Shown: one piece after another, positions 50,396 to 62,940 of the stretch | How the letters are laid out: each line of letters opens with the position of its first letter | How positions within the stretch are numbered: the first letter of the stretch is position 1 | NCBI RefSeq assembly: GCF_963506605.1 | Contig: NC_083276.1 | Span: 106,702,001-106,766,000 of the forward strand | DNA length: 64,000 bases | Source: Zootoca vivipara | Taxonomy: Eukaryota | Direction: 5' to 3' | Program-made: the position numbers and the translations under genes | The notes under the pieces: generated by a model | What the model was told of the DNA's origin: nothing | What the model saw: only the letters and a program-made list of their open reading frames with translations | Databases searched by the model: none

Positions 50396-53300
50396 TCCAG
50401 AAGCGAATCAGACATCCTGCAGACCCGGTGCAAGATTTCTGGAAGTCAACAGGACAATTAGTGTGTCACATGCGGGTGGAATAGAATAACTTGTGAGATT
50501 TTCTGCCTCACGTATCCAAATAACTTGACCAGACTTGGTTAACATGTAACTTGACTTGAAGGTGGCAGGGTACAATTTGCTATTTGTCCTCAGGCAGCAA
50601 AATGTATTGGGCTGCCTTGTCAGGATTCCACAGACTCACACAGCAGATGACCAGGAAGAGACCAATATATGCCACGCTTGACTGCAGATCCTAATTTGGG
50701 CTCCACCAAGACAGCGGCTACACCTTGCCTGTTCCAGCTTTGACCACCTGGCCTCGCTACCCGACCTGCTTCTCCTCCGGGATTTCGTTGTGCTGCTTTT
50801 GTTGTCAAACCACTTCCTAAAAAAATGTAGCGTTGTGAAGCACCCGGTGTCTCTTATTAGTCGTATGAGGCAGAGGAATGAGCGCTGGATTGTTTACTGT
50901 CAAAGCCTTCTCAGTTTCCATTCCATCCTGCCCCTAAAGATTTTGATTACTATACACTTCCCTTTAACATTAAAATATTATTTATTACAGATTTACACAA
51001 ACTGCGCGTGTGAGTTTCATGTGAAGGGAACAACATATTGATGCTGGATAAGGATTTCCCCCAGAAACAGTTTGAGCTAAATGATTATATATCCACGCAT
51101 AAAGAAGGCAGAGAAGGAAGGATCCCCCCCTAAGCCCACGCCCTGAGAGGTTAAAGGGCGCGTGTGGACCAGATCACCAGGAATGCCAGCCACAAAATGA
51201 GCCACGTTCCTCTCCCCTCCTTCGCAAAAACAAAAACAAAAAACCCACCTCCAAACCAGCGTCATACCACGTTAGGTTTGCAGGATCCTTTATTTTCTCC
51301 CTTCGCTAATAAATCTCATCCATTCCTCGGTGCAAATCCCCTCTCCTGCTACTACCGTAATTCCACCGCCTTTACTGTTCTTTCCAAAGCTGATCTTTCC
51401 TGTCGGATTTTCCATGGTTATTCTCGGCCTCTTTAGGCGCAATAATGTTTAGGAGACTCTCACGAGAGTTCTGGAGATGGTGAGGGCTTTCCGGAGTCTG
51501 TAGCTTTGCGACAGGAAGGCAACAGGAAGAAAATGAGGAGAGCGGGAGAGAAAGATTGTACATGTGTTTATATGCTCTGCCTCCAGTCCCATTCTCTTTG
51601 CCCTAGTAATGTGATGTGGAGAAATCTCAACCTTTGCTTTCCCTGGTACTGAATCCGAGCACGAGGCAGCGCAGCTGCGTCGCTGCCTCTCCTTGACCAG
51701 GAGAGGCGGAGAGAGCGGCGAATGAATCCGGGCCTCCTCCTAGTCGATCGATCCCCGCAATTATTTGCACATACGGACTGAAAGGTGACTTGACGCTTGC
51801 TCCCCGGGGAAGATCCCTAGCCATATGGCTGAGGAGGCGGCGGCGCTGCTTCTTCCCATATGAGCTCTCCAAGGTGACTTGATCTGTATGTGCGTGTATG
51901 TGTATGCATATATATATAAATGCTTGGTTGTCACCTTTTCTCTCTCCCCTCATGGGCTGAAGGAGAAGGGAAGCAGCCTTTTCATCCCACCGTGCAATAA
52001 AATTAAGGACACGTTTTGTTTGCTTGGTGGTTTGAGATGCCTCCGGCCGGGTGTTGCCTTTCGAAAATCGGTTGCTGCTGTTGCTGCTGCTACTGCTGTT
52101 TAACTGGCTTGTCCTCATGTATCGGAAACCGATTTAAATCCGCCTCTCTTTCGAAGAAAAAGCCATTTATGAAAAGAAATCCTAAGCATTTTTTTAAGTT
52201 GCGTTTTCTCAGTTGTCAGATGTGCCATTTATTGGCGAAGAGAAAGGAACGTGTGTGTGTGTGTGTTTCTACCGACAACCACTTCTTTTGCCACTCCAGA
52301 CAAGTTTTAATCTTCTCAATCGGCTCTGTAGGTCCTTTCCGGTTTTGCTACAGGTCCCGGGGCAAGACGGAAGGAGGGTTAGGAATCCAATGTTAATCCT
52401 CCTCCTCCAAGTAGACCCACTGAAGTCAGTAAAATTGAGTAACTCCAATGGGTCTACTTGGAGTATGACTGGCGTTGGCTGCTACTCTTAAGTCTTTAAA
52501 AAAACAACAGTGACCTGAAACAGAGGGGGAGAAATGAGACCAAGAGCCAAAATAACAACCGAACATTAGAAGGCCGCTTCTGACAACCATAGATAATTTG
52601 CTTTTTTCCCCAAGAAGTTGATTGCAAGGTTTTGAAAAACACAGAAATCTATTGGAAGCCACAAAGATCAAGGGCATTCCAAAATGCTTTGGCTAAAAAA
52701 AACGGGGGGGGGAGACACTGGACACGATCCAACCAGAGCTAAACGCTTATAAGACAACAATCATAGGCACACATAAAGTCTGTGGCCCACGAAAGCTTAT
52801 GCCATTCTACGTATACCCTGTTTCTCCGAAAATAAGACGTAGCCATAAAATAAGCCATAGCAGGATTTTTAAGCATTGGAGGAATATAAGCCATACCCCG
52901 AAAATAAGCCATACTGATAGCCATACTTAATAAAAAAAATAAGACATCCGCTGAAAATAAGCCATAGTGTGTTTTTTTGAGGAAAAATAAATATAAGACG
53001 GTGTCTTATTTTTGGAGAAACACGGTATTGGTCTTTGAGGTGCTTTTCTTGGGATAGGAAAAGCACCATCCCGGCGGCCTGCTGCCTGGAAACTGTTACT
53101 TAGCTCCATTGAACCTGACTTTGCCAGGGGAAGAAAGCAGACACGGTCATATTCCCACTGGTTTGCATATGAAAGTGCATGCCCGATCCTATATATGTTC
53201 ACTAAGAAACAAGCCCTACTGAGTTCAGAGGGATCCGGTACCGAATAATCATCCATGGGTCTGCAGCCTTAAACACGTGCTGAAATCTTTCCCACTCAAA

Positions 53301-53609
53301 CCAAGACGGTGTGAAAATGCTTTGCAGTGGCTGGATCTTCCTTAGAGGGAAAAATCGCATTTCATTAAAGTGTGTCGCTTCATAGCACTATAAACAGGAC
53401 TGTAGACCTTTCAGGATCCTGGGAAGAATTCCAGCTGCAAGACGACAGGAACATGTGAAGAGAGAGAAACCCCCCATTTGCCGACCAAGGATCCCCCATG
53501 ATCCCCCCCAAAACAAAAGCAAGTATTTATCTCGCTTCACTTTCCCAAGCACGAAGCTCTGTTCTGTTTTTGTCAGTCATCTTTTGAAATGGACCAACTT
53601 TTGGGGGAT

Positions 53610-53960
53610 ATTAACATAGCAGTCCCGTGTTAATCAGGATCTCGACCGGATTAGGCCCGCAGAAGTTTCCAGCTGCCCATCTGAGCGGCCTCGACAGCGC
53701 AGCGTCTTCTTTTGTGTCAAACGCTCTATCCTTAACCTTCGATCCGTCAGGAATGTCTTTAGTTGCCGTCTAATTGATAAATTGCCTCAGGTGCCATCGG
53801 TAGGCGCATGTGCGGCTGGAGAACCACACGCGCTAATTAGGCACGAAAGCCGTAATTGGAAGGAGGGAACAGCTCAGGACTGTATCGAGATCGTGGACTC
53901 CGAAGCTGGCACCGGTTGTGTTTATCATAAGTGTTTGGAGAAAACCGTTCGCCCCGTCTA
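53610..53960. promoter_or_regulatory. Candidate conserved enhancer (homeodomain-motif-rich CpG block)
   Basis: GGATTA, TTAATC, CTAATTG, CTAATTAG, GTAATTG, TGTGTCAAA within CpG-rich unique sequence. Confidence 0.5.
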
Positions 53961-54489
53961 GGGCCAACGCAGCTGCAACAGGCAGCCCGAGAGCCGGCTT
54001 AGCGATCATGAGTTCCTTTTCAACAGGTTAGCCTAAGGATTCCTCTCTGCTGGTGGGGGCTTGGTATCGCGTTTGCAGCTTGGCTACCCGCAAAGGCACG
54101 CACGGCTGACAAAGAAGTGCGCGCGCTATATAGTACAGCACACGCACTTACATGGGGTTCGGTTTCACTGAATTCATAGCACAGGAGTCCGATGTAAGTG
54201 CGCAATAGATTCAAAACGTATTTTGTTCTCACTGCAAAAAAATTACCAGAAACTGGGAAAGTAATAGATCAGTCCTTGTTTCTAGAGTAGCCCCTAGCCC
54301 TGAAACGTAGCTGGAGATAGCTACTCCTATTGGCTTTTTCTCCACATTTCCTCAAGGATGGGGCGTGGGGAGGGGCCTGTGATCCCCATGGACTTGTGGA
54401 GCTCCAACTACTGTAGTTGAGAATCCAACAGCAGCCGCAGGACAAAAGTCCCACCTCCCCATCATTCCCTCGTCTCCATTGCTCCTGGG

Positions 54490-54625
54490 CAGGCATAGGC
54501 AAACTCGGCCCTTCAGATGTTTTGAGTCTACAATTCCCATCATCCCTGACCATTGGGCCTGCTAGCTAGGGATCATGGGAGTTGTAGGCCAAAAACATCT
54601 GGAGAGCCGAGTTTGCCTATGCCTG
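54490..54625. mobile_element. Palindromic hAT MITE
   Basis: CAGGCATAGGCAAACTCGGC...GCCGAGTTTGCCTATGCCTG; exact 8-bp TSD ctcctggg. Confidence 0.9.
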
Positions 54626-54856
54626 CTCCTGGGGGTATATAGCCAGGCCTACCTACCCAAAACCAGCCTGCTACATCGCCGTTACCCAACTTGGGCGCTG
54701 GGGAAAAGGTAGCAACACCCGTTTCGGTGGCCTCTCCATCCCTTGTTGAAGCCCCCCTTAGGCAAGTCTGTTTTACTTGGGCTAAAGCTTTCAAATGCAG
54801 AATTCGATAAAGAAGAAAGGGACCGTAGTCAACTAGTATCGATGCAACGCCTAGAT

Positions 54857-54992
54857 CAGGCATCCCCAAACTTCGACCCTCCAGATGTTTTGGACTACAA
54901 TTCCCATCTTCCCCGACCATTGGTCCTGTTAGCTAGGGATCGTGGGAGTTGTAGGCCAAAACATCTGGAGGGCTGCAGTTTGGGGATGCCTA
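54857..54992. mobile_element. Palindromic hAT MITE
   Basis: CAGGCATCCCCAAACT...AGTTTGGGGATGCCTA; exact 8-bp TSD gcctagat. Confidence 0.9.
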
Positions 54993-55117
54993 GCCTAGAT
55001 ATTCGCTGGGAAGTTCCATTGAGAAATGGAGGCTCTTTCCGTGTTTAGGATCGGTGAGGGCGCAAGAGAGTGATGCTAGAACTTCTTGCGCAGATCTGAA
55101 GACTTGGAGACCTATTA

Positions 55118-56490
55118 CTTGGAGGGCAAATGTTGTCCCTATTTTCAAAAAGGGGTAAAGAGAGGACCCAAACAATTACCGCCCAGTCAGCCTGACATCA
55201 ATACCAGGAAAGATTCTAGAGCAGATCATTAAGCAAACGGTCTGTGAGCACCTAGAAAGAAACGCTGTGATCACTAAAAGTCAGCATGGGTTTCTGAAAA
55301 ATAAGTCATGTCAGACTGATCTGATCTCATTTTTTGACAGAATTACAAGCCTGGTAGATGAAGGGAACGCTGTGGATGTGGCCTATCTTGATTTCAGCAA
55401 GGCCTTTGACAAGGTGCCCCATGATATTCTTGTAAAGAAGCTGGTAAAATGTGGGCTAGACAATGCTACCATCCAGTGGATTTGTAACTGGCTGACTGAC
55501 CGAACCCAAAGGGTGCTCATCAATGGCTCCTTCTCATCCTGGAGAGTAGTGACTAGTGGGGTGCCACAGGGTTCTGTCTTGGGCCCAGTGTTATTCAACA
55601 TCTTTATCAATGACTTGGATGATGGGCTTGAGCAAGTTTGCAGATGACACCAAATTAGGAGGGGTGGCTAATACCCCAGAGGACAGGATCACACTTCAAA
55701 ATGACCTTAACAGATCAGACAACTGGGCCAAAGCAAGCAAGATGAATTTTAACAAGGAGAAATGTAAAGTACTACACTTGGGCAAAAAAGAAAAGAAAAA
55801 GAAAGGCACAAATACAGGATAGGTGGCATCTGGCTTGAGAGCAGTACATGTGAAAAGGATCTAGGAGTCTTGGTAGACCACAAACTTGACATGAGTCAGC
55901 AGTGTGATGCAGCAGCTAAAAAAGCCAATGCAATTCTGGGCTGCATAAATAGGAGTATAGCATCTAGAGATCAAGGAAAGTAATAGTACCACTGTATCCT
56001 GCTCTGGTCAGACCTCACCTGGAGCACTGTGTCCAGTTCTGGGCACCACAGTTCAAGAAGGATACTGACAAGCTGGGACGTGTCCAGAAGAGGGAAACCA
56101 AAATGGTCAAAGGCCTGGAAACGATGCCTTATGAGGAACGGCTTAGGGAGCTGGGTATGTTCAGCCTGGAGAAGAGAAGGTTAAGGGGTGATATGATAGC
56201 CATGTTCAAATATATAAAAGGATGTCATATAAAGGAGGGAGAAAGGTTGTTTTCTGCTGCTCCAGAGAAGCGGACACGGAGCAATGGATTCAAACTACAA
56301 GAAAGAAGATTCCACCTAAACATTAGGAAGAACTTCTTGACAGTAAGAGCTGTTTGGCAGTGGAATTTGCTACCAAGGAGTGTGGTGGAGTCTCCTTCTT
56401 TGGAGGTCTTTAAGCAGAGGCTTGACAGGCATATGTCAAGAATGCTTTGATGGTGTTTCCTGCTTGGCTGGGGGTTGGACTGGATGGCCC
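55118..56490 (+). mobile_element. CR1 LINE, 5'-truncated, frameshifted RT domain
   Basis: [13 protein letters not shown]...[13 protein letters not shown]...[20 protein letters not shown]; KFADDTKL in another frame; [21 protein letters not shown]; CR1 3' UTR GGGGTTGGACT. Confidence 0.95.
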
Positions 56491-56600
56491 TTTATGCATA
56501 TAAAAAGCACGAAATATCTACCGTCTGCATTTGTTAGAGAGAGCTTTAAAAACCAGTATATCTCTTTGCGAGCGTTAGCTAAACTGAAATACTTCTGAAT

Positions 56601-56796
56601 NNNNNNNNNNNNNNNNNNNNNNNNNNNNNNNNNNNNNNNNNNNNNNNNNNNNNNNNNNNNNNNNNNNNNNNNNNNNNNNNNNNNNNNNNNNNNNNNNNNN
56701 NNNNNNNNNNNNNNNNNNNNNNNNNNNNNNNNNNNNNNNNNNNNNNNNNNNNNNNNNNNNNNNNNNNNNNNNNNNNNNNNNNNNNNNNNNNNNNNN
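56601..56796. other. Assembly gap (196 N)
   Basis: Run of n. Confidence 1.
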
Positions 56797-58829
56797 GTGC
56801 AGGCTCAGGCGCACATTTAACACGCGGTTTTCAGTATCTCGGTTCGAAGGAGACACTGAACCGCACGTTTTCCTTTGAGGCCACCCTTGCTGCTGCCTGC
56901 AGAATTCCCGGGGAGAGGGAAATCAGCCCCCAGGCAGCGTGGAGGTGGTTTTAGCCGGCTCTGGCTGGCGGGGCTCCTTTCGGGCTAGAAGAACGCGCCG
57001 TTCCGGCCCGAACAGGTTGCCTTTTTTCGTTCCGAGCGCGCGCCTGCGCCTGGCAGCCCTTGTCAATTCCAGCCTGCGAGCTTGTGGAAATGCTCTACTA
57101 CGCATAACTCAGGACAGAAGGGTGGGGGCGTAAAAAGCCAAGTCCAAGCTCCATGGGAGCACTGGGAAGAAACCTCGGGCGCCATGCCATCCACAAGATG
57201 CGAAAGCCCACGGGGGAGCTCAGCAGCCAAGCCCACAGAAACGGCAATTCCCCCACCTCCCCGAGGAGCTCTTGCTAAGCCATGTGTCCACGGCGCTGCG
57301 GTTTGCAGACTGCAATTATTAGCTACGGTTTTTTGACTTGCAGGTTCCCAGACTGGGATTGTGGCGAAGAGCCAGCGGCGCCAGGCCTGTCTTGGCCCAG
57401 TTTACATCACTTCGCCAATTTTATCGCCATCGACCCGGATTCGGCTGTGCGCATTTTTGTCAAGAATCTCGTACCAACGTCCTTGGGGCTAAATCCCATT
57501 GAACCCATGGGGCTTACTTCTCAGTAGACATGCATACGTTTCGTTTGCGCGGGTAGCCACCGTTATCCATAGGCAAAAAGATCGAGAGGTTTTATCACCT
57601 CCGACTAGGTTGCCTCCTCCTTCCTTTGTGTATAAAAAACACCTAGTCCACGGGCAGCGCGATCCAATGCATGCATGCTTACTCCGAAGTAAGCGCTATG
57701 GTTTTTAATGGGGCTTACTTCCAGGTCACTCTATACACAACTGGTCAAAGGGGCCGTCACATTTCCTAATAATGCACACTCGTACCAGAAAAAAACAGTC
57801 TCCACCACTTCTCTCGCTTCCTCTCCACCACCCTCTTTCAACTAATTATTACATCGTAGGAAACAAACCGTGGAATAGCCAGGCAACTATCTTAGGACCT
57901 AATCAAAGGGCTTTTTTTGTAGATGTAAAAAAAAGAGCGCAAGGCACGTTCTTTTCCGTTTACTCACTGAGGCATTACAAAACCAGCTAGCATTACAAAT
58001 ATGAACGCATGCATGGAAGGAGAAACGGGGGTATAATTAGACGTTTGATTTTGGACAAATAAAAGGCTGAATTTTCTTGACGGGGCGGTGTTTGGGTATG
58101 TAATATTGTTTTGTACTACCTTCTTTTTATTTTATTTTTAAGGTTGTTACATGTCTCTCTGTGGGCCTTTAACGAGAATGATTTTCGTATTCCCTTGCGA
58201 TGGAAGCTGCTTGAGATAAAATCAGAAGGATGCCCGACCCATGCACACCGGAGCGGAGTCGATCTGGAAAACAAAACCAACCTACATTATTTCCACTTCA
58301 CTGTAGTGATAACTCCACCAGCGTTTAAGCCGAGATGCATCAGGAGGGACGAGGCTCTCGGCTTCTCCCATCACACAAGTCCATGATGGGTGTAGCCAGG
58401 ATTTATGTGGTGGGGGGCAGGATTCATGTTAGGGGGGCAGAACCTCAGTTTGTTAAGTATTTTTTATTGATTTACTTTAGGGGGCAGCTGCCCCCCTCCC
58501 GGCTACGCCCATGCACACGCGCAAGCACGGAAGAATCAATGCAGAAAAAAGGCCTTAACGCGCTCCTCTGGGCTGTCACACTGTTTGCTTGGAAGTCCCC
58601 GCTGACTTGAATGGGGCTTCCTCTTCAGGGCACCACTGTATACAGGATTGTAACCCTGAAATCCGAACTCAGGCGGGTTTATTCGGAAGCAAGTCCTCCT
58701 GATTTCAGTGGGATACCAGGTCAATGCGGTTTATAATAGGATTGCATCCCAAGGGAAGGATACGGTCTTGGATGGAATAGCGGGAGATGTAGGAAGGGGG
58801 TAGCAACTGTATTACTGGTCAGTATCCAT

Positions 58830-59171
58830 GGGACGCGGGTGGCGCTGTGGGTTAAACCACAGAGCCTGGGGCTTGTCGATCGGAAGGTAGGCGGTTCGGA
58901 TCCCCGTGACGGGGTGAGCTCCAGTTGCTTGGTCCCAGCTCCTGCCAACCTAGCAGTTCGAAAGCATGTCAAAGTGCAAGTAGATAAATAGCGGGAAGGT
59001 AAATGGCGTTTCCCTGTGCTGCTCTGGTTCGCCAGAAGCGGCTAAGTCATGCTGGCCACATGACCTGGAAGCTGTATGCCGGCTCCCTCGGCCAATAATG
59101 CGAGATGAGCGCCGCAACCCCAGAGTGGTCACGACTGGACCTAATGGTCAGGGGTCCCTTTACCCTTTACC
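58830..59171 (+). mobile_element. Sauria SINE (full length) with TSD
   Basis: Same family as 18962-19312; flanked by tatccat(ggg) at 58823 and 59172. Confidence 0.92.
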
Positions 59172-60149
59172 TATCCATGGGCCATATTGGTCTGTACGAC
59201 CAAACGAGGAAGGTCACAGATTCCACAGAAGGGAAAGTCCCCCCAGCATTTATCTGAAGCTAAATGCAGACTTGCCTTTTCCTGACCCTGTTGTGGGCAC
59301 CTTGGGTGGAGGGTAGCGGGTCCGCGTGGTCCTCAGATTCCGCTCTGTGAATGCAGGAGCAAAAGCCCAGGGGGCCATTCTAAAAACCAACAGTGGGTCA
59401 ATCAGGCGTCCCTACTCACCTTTCTTTACCTTTGCGGTGGCGTTAAAATTCCCGAATTCTCCTTCCTTTTTTCCATTAGAGAGACTCTTCCGAGTTCCCA
59501 AGAACAAAATTGCCTGAGAGTCAACCCTATTTGAACTCCAGCTCGATCCTAAACTTTCCCACGAGTAAGTCCTATTGAACTGTGCTTACTTCTGAGAAGG
59601 CAGGTGTGGGGTTACTTTGGTGGGGTAAATTTTCATGGGCTATACCGGAAATTGCTTTTCACGCAAGTGAGCTCAGGAATTCTGGTCAAGGATCGGTCTG
59701 TAAAACAGACGGAGCTTCTGGTCGTAATTTCTAGACTTCAGCGATTATATTGGACAGGCCCACATTAGCAGAGGGGTACCTAGGCCCCCTTGCGCCCTTG
59801 GCAATCCCCGGCTCTCTGTCTTTCTTCGAGATTTTTGCGCCCACCTGGGCCTGGGCACTGGATGGGACCAATCTAACAAACCCCTAGGTACGCACCTGAG
59901 TAATAGTAGGCCTACTCGAATTAAGTGGGCGGGGATGGGGACCTACTGCCTTTACTTTTTGTTGCAGATCTGTATTAAGGTCCTCGAGGAATGATTGGCT
60001 AAGAATTGGGATTTCACTAACCTTGCTTCCGTATTTTAAACACTGCGCCACGGGGCGAAATTTCTTGACAAGTAAAGGAATTTTAATGATCACTTCGCCC
60101 ACGACTGCTAATTTCTCTTATCCTAGCTTAAATTCTCTAAAAGCGGGAT

Positions 60150-60325
60150 AGAGTATGGTAGGGACAGAGGATCTGTTCTGTACGCAGAAGACCCCAGGTT
60201 CAATCCTTGGCAGGATTTAATGTAGGGCTGGAAATGCTCCCCATCTGAATTCCTGGAGAGCTGCTGCCATTCATTGTAGACATTACTGGAGGAAAGATCT
60301 AACTCAGTAGAAGACAATCTGCTAT
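60150..60325 (+). mobile_element. Old squamate tRNA-derived SINE (related decayed copies ~15020-15195, 23370-23475, 37740-37915)
   Basis: B-box CCAGGTTCAATCC followed by shared CCTGGAGAGCTGCTGCCA...GTAGACA body. Confidence 0.55.
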
Positions 60326-61859
60326 GTACTCTGTCTCATTTCGCACCAGGCAAAACTCCCTTTATTCCAGATTGACTCCCATTGATCTGAATCTACTATA
60401 GGAGATCAGGCACTGAAGAAGTGGTTTCAACAAAAGTGCACTTCACTTTCAGAACCAGGATTTTTTTTTTAAGTGTGCGTGTTTCATAGCGTCCCCATAC
60501 ATTACACAGTGGGCGTTTTCTCGAGGGTAAGTAAGTCACACTGAGTTTCAATGGGACTGTCTTTCTAGGAAGTGCGCTTTGGATTGGGATCGCAGCCCCA
60601 GCCTCCTCTCCTGCTCCGCAAGAATATCAAAGCTGCAATTCTATACGCATTTATTTAAAATATTTATACAGCGCCTCTTCGGTGGTACTCCCACTGCAGT
60701 TTACAAAAGCTAGACAAACAAAAACAGGATATTAGAAGAAGCGTGCGTTCAAAGGCTTATGATAAAGGAAGTATAAGAATTATGCTGGCACCAGGCAGAT
60801 TTGTCTGCGAAAGGAGTTCAGGAAAAGGGGGCCACAACCGAGAAGACCCTCTTGGTGGTCACCTCACCTCAGATGGTGGGTACCTTGGAGCGAGCCCCCA
60901 ACTATGACTTCAAATCACTTGCACGTCGATACTGGGTCTTATTTGGGCACTTATTTTGAAATCGCTACCTCACATGGATGTTGTGTACATAAAACAAGGA
61001 GTGAGAAAATAATGTAGACCGCCTTGAGCTTCTTGGATGAAAGGTGGGCTACAAAATGAACCCTTCCACTGAACTCAGGATGCCTCAAGACACAAGAAAA
61101 AATGGCCTGACCCGGCCCACCTCTGTCCACACTACCTATCAAAGGCACCATGCGCAGAAAAAAATTAACTGGTCATCCCTTTAATTAGAATATTTTTCAC
61201 CCCACAGACTCCAGCAGAGAACAAACTAGTATCTCTGCCATTAGGCGTCCTAAATAAATGCTAAGTAGAGTTCTGCATCTTGGATAATAGCGCAGGGCAA
61301 CCTCGAGCGAAGATTCCTGAACATCCTATTTACTTATTTGTCAAGAGGGCGCGATCCTATGCACTTCTACCTAGGAGCAAAAACACACGGCTCAGGTAAG
61401 CTGAAATCCTATACCCACTCTCCTTGATACGGCTCATTTCCGCGTAGCTATGCATAGGATCGCGCTGCGCGGCTATTCACGCTTCTGGAACACGAACCGA
61501 AACCAGGCCTGCATGCCAATTCCACAAACAATGAAGGATTGTTAAAGAGCGGGGGGGACGAGATGGGGGGGCGCTTGGGGGTGGGGGTTGATTATTTTTT
61601 TGTGGGTGGCGTAGGGGCGGGAACCCCATCTGGGTTTGTAGTGGAATTGAAGCGCAATCGAGCAGCAACGCCAAGCCGGTCTCCAGGCTTTCCTTCGATG
61701 GCATCTTCCTCAGCTCTGACTGGGATCCCTCCGAAGAGATGCTGCGAACAATATTGCAAATCCCAGAGGGACTTTTGCCTGAGAGAGCCAGCCGCAAAAC
61801 TTGAGCCTGGGGCTGCGGCGCGCTGGACTGCCTTGGCTGAACTGATTTCCATGGGACTT

Positions 61860-62270
61860 TTCCTTCGCTTGTTGCATTGTTTGTATTTAATAAGAATATC
61901 TTGTTCTGTTTGTTTTGTCTCCTGGGAGCCAATAAAGCTGTGAAGTTTTTCTTTACACCAAATGCAGCTCTACGGGCGATCAATCAATGGGTAGTTTTTG
62001 GATAATCTGTGAGAGTGAGAAATCTAATAATGCAAGCAGCTCAAAAAAAGGGGAAAACAGTCTATTTTCTCTTAGGTTAGCTGAGCCAGGACTAGCTAGA
62101 ACTGTATATTTAAGGCATGAGGTAGTGCATTGGTGTCTCTGTGTGTATGTACAACGTGTGTTCTCCCTGTGATGGCTTCTGTTTGCATTATGGAATATTA
62201 AATACTGGATTTGCGTACGGAAGATTAATATATATGGAATGTCAATATGAACCTGTGATGAGCGTAACAA
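61860..62270. promoter_or_regulatory. Candidate conserved non-coding element
   Basis: Repeat-free; CCAATAAA, TTACACCA (T-box-like), ATCAATCAAT, GTGAGA/GTGTG motifs next to a CpG-rich block. Confidence 0.35.
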
Positions 62271-62574
62271 TGCTTTCTTTCCACCTGTGATTCCCCAGCC
62301 AGAAGCATACAGCTCTGTTGCTGGAGGTTGTCCCTATATATAGCTGTGACCAGCGGTCATTGGCAGCCTCGAACTTTCATTTAAAGCAGTGGAATCCTCG
62401 GATCGAGGAGGCCGCGGTCCTAAACACAAGGATTAGGATGGGAGCCTGGAAGAAAACCGCACGAAGACGGCGCTCCGAGCTCAATGTGCATGGATAGGAC
62501 TGTCCCTCTTACTTTTTTAAATATACTTTTTAAAGTTTCAAGTACATGAAACAAGCTGCAGCTAGGCAAGACAC

Positions 62575-62716
62575 CTAGAATCACAGAATTCTAGTTGAAA
62601 AGGACCAGGTGGGTCACCTAGGGAGGCTATGAAGGAATCTTTTGGTCCAAAGTGGGGCTCGAACCCACAACCCTGAGATTAAGAGTCTCATGCGCTACCG
62701 GCTGAGCTATTCTGCA
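62575..62716 (-). mobile_element. tRNA-Lys(CTT)-derived SINE / tRNA pseudogene with CR1-like tail
   Basis: Minus strand TAGCTCAGCCGGTAGCGCATGAGACTCTTAATCTCAGGGTTGTGGGTTCGAGCCCCAC matches the tRNA-Lys body, but the acceptor stem does not pair and the sequence runs into ATTCTGTGATTCTA. Confidence 0.75.
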
Positions 62717-62844
62717 GGCTGATGGGGACCCACACGTTAAATCAAAACCGCGCATCGGGATCCTAACCATGGTTACTGAATGGTACATTTATGTGCTTAT
62801 GTACAGTGTCTCCCCACAACTTATGGCCGGCCTTTCCTCCATCG

Positions 62845-62940
62845 TGGAAAGGAGGTTTCCAAGCAGTCGCTCATCCAGGCACAAACCCAACCCCGCTTAG
62901 CTTCAGCGAGGTGGGGGCCTCGTGCGCCTTTAGACCACCA
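62845..62940 (-). mobile_element. Degenerate 5S rRNA-derived SINE head
   Basis: Minus strand GAAGCTAAGCGGGGTTGGG...TGGATGAGCGACTGCTTGGAAA resembles the 5S internal control region (GAAGCTAAGCAGGGTCGGG...TGGATGGGAGACCGCCTGGGAA). Confidence 0.5.

Noticed and set aside
55267-56450. Active reverse transcriptase gene or endogenous virus
   Set aside because: 5'-truncated CR1 with stops and frameshifts splitting the RT over several frames; no LTRs or viral genes
62644-62716. Functional tRNA-Lys(CTT) gene
   Set aside because: Acceptor stem does not pair and the sequence continues into a CR1-like SINE tail
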